Below are positions 56,101-64,000 of a stretch of DNA of 64,000 nt, in pieces; position 1 is the stretch's first letter, and the number at the start of each line of letters is the position of its first letter. The stretch comes from Macrostomum lignano (lineage: Eukaryota). The stretch is taken from NCBI GenBank assembly GCA_002269645.1, contig NIVC01003004.1, positions 1 through 64,000 of the forward strand, in the 5' to 3' direction. The notes under the pieces were generated by a model. It had not been told where the DNA came from, made no database searches, and was given only the letters and a program-made list of their open reading frames with translations. The translations under genes were made by a program, and so were the position numbers.

Positions 56101-56961
56101 GCGCCGCTTTCGACTGATTTTATATTTGTCTTCTAAAGTAAAAATGAGTTTTTTAGCGCAAATCTTCTTCATTTAAGGCATGACTGCAACATCTGAGAGC
56201 ACACAAGCATTAGCTCCCTGTAGCATCATCAGAATCAGAAAGCAGGCAAACATTAGCGATCCCTGTGGCATCATCAGAATCAGAAAGCAGATAAGCATTA
56301 GCTCCATGTGGCATCATCAGAATCTGAGAGCACACAAACATTAGCTCCATGTGGCATCATCAGAATCTGAGAGCACACAAACATTAGCTCCATGTGGCAT
56401 CATCAGAATCTGAGAGCACACAAACATTAGCTCCATGTGGCATCATCAAAATCTGAGAGCACACAAACATTAGGTCCCTGTACATGTAACATAATCAGAA
56501 TCTGGAAGTATACTAGCGTTAGGTCCTTGTACTTTACTTTGTCCTCCCTCTTCAGGAAAAAAATAAGCGCTGTGGAGAACACCGGTCCCCTGATCATGAC
56601 TCTGGCCATGGAGCAGTTTGCCGCTGCGCACGCGGCCTCGTGCGGCGACCTCAGAGACGGCCTCGGTAGAGTCTTCGGCTGTCCGTACGTACCCTTGCCA
56701 CGCAGATTCTTGCCTCTGATCGATAACAGCTCTAATTGGATGGCAAGCTGGGCCAAAATCATGTGTCCTTTTGTGTTCTCGGAGCCCCAGATAATTGATG
56801 AGTGCCAATGGCGCCGTTCTAGGAACTTTGATAACTCGCTGCCATCTGACTCATACACATATCACTCATTTTTGCACCTTACGGGCGAAAAGGTGGCCGC
56901 AACAAATATTTCCACTTTTAATTTGAATATTCGATTTAATCCAATGAATTATCTCGTATAG
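50158..56961 (+). CDS. GT32 glycosyltransferase (DxD sugar-binding; OCH1/SUR1-CSG1-like), type-II membrane, ~354 aa
   Basis: Exons 50158-50426, 55244-55633 and 56556-56961 join in frame (phase 2,2; 1065 nt). N-terminal [61 protein letters not shown]. The 3' end is less certain. Confidence 0.85.
50565..50840. repeat. (CTAC)n/(GTAG)n tetranucleotide microsatellite, partly degenerate
   Basis: Visible CCTA runs; source of the spurious LPTY-repeat ORF. Confidence 0.95.
52003..52330 (-). mobile_element. 3' fragment of a LOA/R1/I-group LINE
   Basis: Minus strand reads [40 protein letters not shown] (CCHC end of ORF2), then a GC-rich 3'UTR and (TAAG)n tail, as at 29400-30018. Confidence 0.75.
52685..52800 (+). 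promoter_or_regulatory. Pol II promoter-like module (tandem CCAAT boxes plus TATA) inside GT32 intron 1
   Basis: Two copies of CCAATCAGAAAATTCGGCG followed by GCTATAAAAGGC; probably part of an unrecognised LTR or repeat. Confidence 0.45.
56190..56520. repeat. 43-bp minisatellite in GT32 intron 2, ~6-7 copies
   Basis: Unit ATCTGAGAGCACACAAACATTAGCTCCATGTGGCATCATCAGA; degenerate relatives at ~55705-55790 and grading into the acceptor at 56555. Confidence 0.9.
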
Positions 56962-56978
56962 CTTAGGTATCCAATGAG

Positions 56979-56984
56979 AATAAA
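56979..56984 (+). terminator. Candidate polyadenylation signal of the GT32 gene
   Basis: AATAAA 18 nt after the stop codon, followed by T-rich sequence. Confidence 0.35.
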
Positions 56985-59023
56985 TATTGGTTTTCAAGTT
57001 TTGCGTTCTTTAATAGAACTTAATGAAATAGAACTGTACTAGCCTACAGTACGTTGTATTAGTTGTAACTTAAAAAACAGGATTTGTCACTATGTTATAT
57101 AATCTATTGCTGGAAATTGCCATTTCTACTGCGTGCACTTGAGGCTAACTTTGTATTTTTTATTTTTCATGTTCTTTTCTAGCTTTTACTTAAAGATTTA
57201 CTGTAAAATTTGTTATTAAGCGTTAAAAATTAGTTTGTCTTGCGCAAGTACGTATTACACCAAAAATAGATGATGATCTGTTTGTACAATCGTTTTGTAT
57301 GTCGCGACTCGCGTGCTACATGAATTTTCCGTCTCTTCTTTGCCGCTGTACAATAAATATTTCGGCCTAGTGGTTTCAAAAATTTATTCTGAGATTGAAA
57401 ATTAAAGTGGAAGGAATTTATTTTTTTAACATTTGTGCGTTCTAATTAAAAAGCAAAAATAAACCTAAAGAAGAGCATGCATGCATAAATTTAGAAGCCC
57501 AGATACCAAAAACATACATGTACATGAATTTATGGAGTTAAAAATACTTCAGAGGCAGCAAAAACGCTAATTTATTAGATTTACACGAACCATGACTCAG
57601 GGCTGATGATATACATACAAATCGTGAACTGTAATATGTAAAAGCAATTCAATATCGGGATTGAAGGAAACTAGTGCATAAATGATTTTTAAATTGGCGA
57701 CCAAAATTTTCTGCCAGTACTAGAAGAAATTAAGGTGCAATTTTGTTTTTCTTTTTGCGTCAATTTTTGAGGCACTAATTTGAAATAGTTCTTCTCGTCG
57801 TAAACAAACCCTTGATCGCTTTGAATTACTTCAAAAGGTTCTAAATAGGTTGTTTAAATCTCCTAAGTAAGAAATATTTATGCGTTTGGTATATAGACGT
57901 ATGTTAAATTGAGTGATTAAACTATATTAAAAAAAAATTATTCGTTTTTTTAAGTACGACATTAATAGAAATCATACATCACGATAAAATGAGAAAAAAT
58001 TAAGTGTTGCTTTCAATGCTTTATTTCTTTACCAAATTATGTAGTTGTTTTTTGCTTTATAACATTGTACCTTATAGCCATTTTTTACCTTTGTTAGCCG
58101 TTTTATTGCTATTTGTGAGCATACCCAAAGTTACATTCGAGCTTCCATTTATTAAATATGTACGAGTATATTGTGACAAACTAAATGTAAAAAAATATTA
58201 AATAACTAGTGTTAACTTGTATGGTCATATCTTGCAAAGTACCGTTTTCTGGAAATTCCCATTGCCGACGTTTACTGATTTATTGCTTTGGATTATGAAA
58301 CTTTTATATATGGATTTTTGTTTTTAGCTGCTCTCTTCTAAAGCTAAGTTGAGATCAAATTTTGTTTAGTACGAAGCTAAGTTCATGAAGCCACAGCCAA
58401 AGTCTAAATTGTTTTGTATACTTTGATCAGTTAAAATGGTGATTGAGATTGAGCAAACATAATGGCTTCATATGCGCAATTAATTAATTTTACTGAATTA
58501 ATTTATTCTTTACATTTGTTAAGAATAAGAGTAAGATTATTATTTGGAGTAATTTATTACCAAAAATATATCTAATTTTCAGTAAAAATTAAAAAAATAA
58601 TTTTCCAAATTATCTTAGCCAACTACATAGATATTGAAGAATTTGAATAAATAAATATTATTTATTTGACTCAACTTAAATTCTTGTACTACCCTTTGGT
58701 TTTAGTCATAATTAGATTATTGCAGCTATATAATATGATATTCTATAAATATTATAACGCTCATGTTTACATAGAACTTTTAGCATGAAGTTTATATCTA
58801 AAATTATATTAGTAACTGTAATTTTTTTAGTAGCCACAAATTTAAGACGTATTTTTCAATTTTTTTTTGACATTTATATCCACTGTACTAGAACAGACCA
58901 AAGTTATATCTTTATATTTATTAGCTCGTACAATCAGTCATCCACAGTTGACAAACATGACAAAATTGATTGAAATTGCCTTGTACTTTTGAGTATACTT
59001 TTTTTAATAAATTTACCTTGCAG

Positions 59024-61615
<2,592 letters not shown>

Positions 61616-61915
61616 CTGCAGTTTGTGCGAATGCGGCTTGATTAAAGAGGATCAAAAGGAAACAGTAGAAAGCTGAAAGTGCAAATGAAGAATGAATACT
61701 TTTTTAAAGACAGTATAGAATTTCTTTTAAGCTCTTAAATGTACTTGTTATACGACGCAATCTTAATCTCAGAAATGTTATTCTTAGCGTAGAAACTGGG
61801 GGCATCGCCATTGATTTTTTGTTGGAGAACGAAAAATTAAAATAATATTATTGAGAATCAGTGTTGCTAGTACTGATTTTAGTACCGCAGGTCACACTAC
61901 AGCATCTCATACTTA

Positions 61916-62175
61916 TTTTAGCTCTACAGGAACTCATTTTAGCTCTACAGGCGCTCATTTTAGCTCTACAGGCACTCAATTTAGCGCTACAGGCACTCAT
62001 TTTAGCTCTACAGGCACTCATTTTAGCTCTACAGGCACTCATTTTAGCTCTACAGGCGCTCATTTTAGCTCTACAGGCACTCAATTTAGCGCTACAGGCA
62101 CTCAATTTAGCGCTACAGGCACTCATTTTAGCTCTACAGGCACTCATTTTAGCTCTACAGGCACTCATTTTAGCT
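61916..62175. repeat. 21-bp minisatellite, ~12 copies, downstream of PKC
   Basis: Unit TTTTAGCTCTACAGGCACTCA with variants (GCGCT, CAATTT). Confidence 0.95.
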
Positions 62176-62446
62176 GGTTGAAACAAACTTTGTTTCTGGT
62201 CAATAAAGTTTTAAAAAAAACTAAAACCAGTCACCTATGGGATGGGAAAAAGTATTGTAGTGTCTCAGATTTTACTGGCGAAGCCCCCCAATACATGTAC
62301 AAGTGATTGGTCATTCTAGTGCACTACTGCAGTATTATATCCCACCTGTAATAGCTTTTTTCATCGCAGTCTATTTGATCAACTCTGGCTAGATAGATCT
62401 GTAACTGTGCATCAGTACTAAATATCTTTGCTAACCAGCTAATCTC

Positions 62447-62684
62447 CACAGATACTACATGCCGCCCTAGATGGTTCACTAGATCCTTAGCATGCTTAGC
62501 AAAACTACTCTCTACTCAGTAGTATGAGCGTAAAAGCAAAAAAATTTCGCGCGTGTGACCGGAGCAGCCATGCAGGCCATCAGTTTCTCAATATATTTTT
62601 TGTGCCACTGCAGACACAGAGTAGCGAGTCAAATTGACGCATTAAGACCATCCGTGTGAACCATCTAGGGTGTTAGTATCTGTG
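62447..62684. mobile_element. MITE with CACAGATACT TIRs
   Basis: CACAGATACTAC..CCCTAGATGGTTCAC / GTGAACCATCTAGGG..TAGTATCTGTG; same terminus as 5520-5934. Confidence 0.65.
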
Positions 62685-64000
62685 CTACTTACAGACAGTT
62701 ACAGGTAAAAAAATTATCATGCATGCTGCCAGCAGTAGTAGCAAAAATATTCGAATCTCAGTGCTATTTCTCAAGCTTTACTTTATAAATTTTATAAAGT
62801 GAATATTTAATGCTTGCCATTTTTGTGTTAAAAAAGATTTTAACCAATGTATTATAGAGTTTAAAATCAATTTACGAGACAGAGAACTCAGCCTACTCAA
62901 ATTTTCAATTTTGTAGTATTAAAAACAGATGACACTACTTAAATTTTTTTGTGTCGCTGCGGGGTCAACTCACCATCCGCGCGTGTAGAAGCTTTTTATA
63001 GCAGATTTTTATGCATGCATAAATTGAACTATTTGTCAAGTCGTTGCAAAACTTTCTGGACTGCTGGGTTTACTGTTGCATCTTTAACTGGATTGAAATT
63101 TTAACGCAACAACTCCTCTCACAGCTGCTCTATTGGAAATGCAAAACAGTTCCACATGCTGAACAAAACCTAAAACAATTTGCCATATAGGCAACTTCCA
63201 GTTGGAATAACACGACGAGAAATCCGAACGAATGCTGTGTTGGCGAGGCGAAGGAATATATTACTTACCTTTCTTCAATAGCTCTATTCACTATTCTATT
63301 GAAAAGCTAGGAATTGTTAAAAAACGATTAAAAATGAATGCGTCCAACTGTGTCATTTTTAACGATTTTAGGCGTAGCGATTTTTTCAGTTTGACTCAGT
63401 ATGTCAAATCGTTTAGCGGTTTTACCATTCAATAGAGCAGCTGCTAGCCAATTCAGGAATGTTTATGTTGTTCACGGTTGTAAACACAGTTTAGAAACTT
63501 TTGCAGCAGCTATCGTAGATTGTTTATGAAGAAATTGTTTACTTGGAGGGAGTACACATATAGCATATCCTTTAGTTTTTTTTTCAGTATTGTGTTGCAC
63601 TGTATGCGCTGTGAGATGTTGTTCTGCATTCATTAATGAAACACATGGCTTTTATTCTGCAACATATTTACCACGCGATTTTGTCAGTGGTTCAAAGTTG
63701 CCATTTTTCATTAGGAAGTCTATAGCAATTCCAGTCAAGAATTCTCAGCGAGTTGGAGAGCATTTTATTTGTTTTTGAGCAGATTTTTTTACCTATTCTC
63801 AGAAACATTTTTGCCGTTGTGTCCAGTGGCAGTATTATAGAACTTCCAATCAAATAGTTTTTTGTCCGAACATACAGAGTGGGTGGCCAGTACGCTTCGT
63901 TTTTCAAGTATAGCATTTTAGCTAGATAGTCCGTCTGTGTATCCGTACTTATTTTCTGTTCTAAGTTTAAGTCGGTTATGTTAATAATTGAGTAAACCAA

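Noticed and set aside
56190-56470. Tandem hammerheads from repeated CTGATGA on the minus strand
   Set aside because: No GAAA or stem II follows the CTGATGA in the 43-bp unit.
61848-62306. Repetitive ORFs (FSSTGTH / LALQALI / SACRAKM) suggesting antifreeze or coiled-coil proteins
   Set aside because: All arise from one 21-bp minisatellite; no convincing start, splice context or non-repetitive domain.
63692-64000. 102-aa ORF at the window edge and broken frames at 62.9-63.7 kb
   Set aside because: No recognisable domain, multiple stops in neighbouring frames, and truncation by the window; may be decayed transposon sequence, but this cannot be supported.

Overview
Eukaryotic (invertebrate metazoan) genomic DNA with spliceosomal introns; no prokaryotic features and no CRISPR array. 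Six multi-exon genes can be reconstructed by hand. (1) A small type-I membrane protein with a Cys cluster and PPxY motifs (30-1007, +). (2) A C1GalT/T-synthase-family protein that has lost its DxD and His metal ligands and carries several Cosmc-like residues (4756-8115, +). (3) An innexin (11617-9444, -). (4) A ~43-exon inner-arm axonemal dynein heavy chain, DNAH3-like (45020-14088, -), with a degenerate AAA3 site and one exon carrying two frame breaks. (5) A GT32 (OCH1/SUR1-like) glycosyltransferase (50158-56961, +). (6) A novel PKC of the epsilon/eta type (59024-61615, +) with no in-frame ATG ahead of its C2 domain. Introns and intergenic DNA hold two tRNA-derived SINE families (10 copies), hAT and other MITEs, a Tc1/IS630-like deletion derivative, a solo LTR, RNase H-type LINE 3' fragments, decayed hammerhead-like motifs, and several mini- and microsatellites. 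The gene style is compatible with a free-living flatworm such as Macrostomum, but this is inference only. Best leads: the Cosmc-like pseudo-glycosyltransferase, the PKC that may take its initiator AUG from a spliced leader, and the AAA3-degenerate dynein. Exon boundaries were read by eye, and reference motifs are recalled from memory rather than searched.
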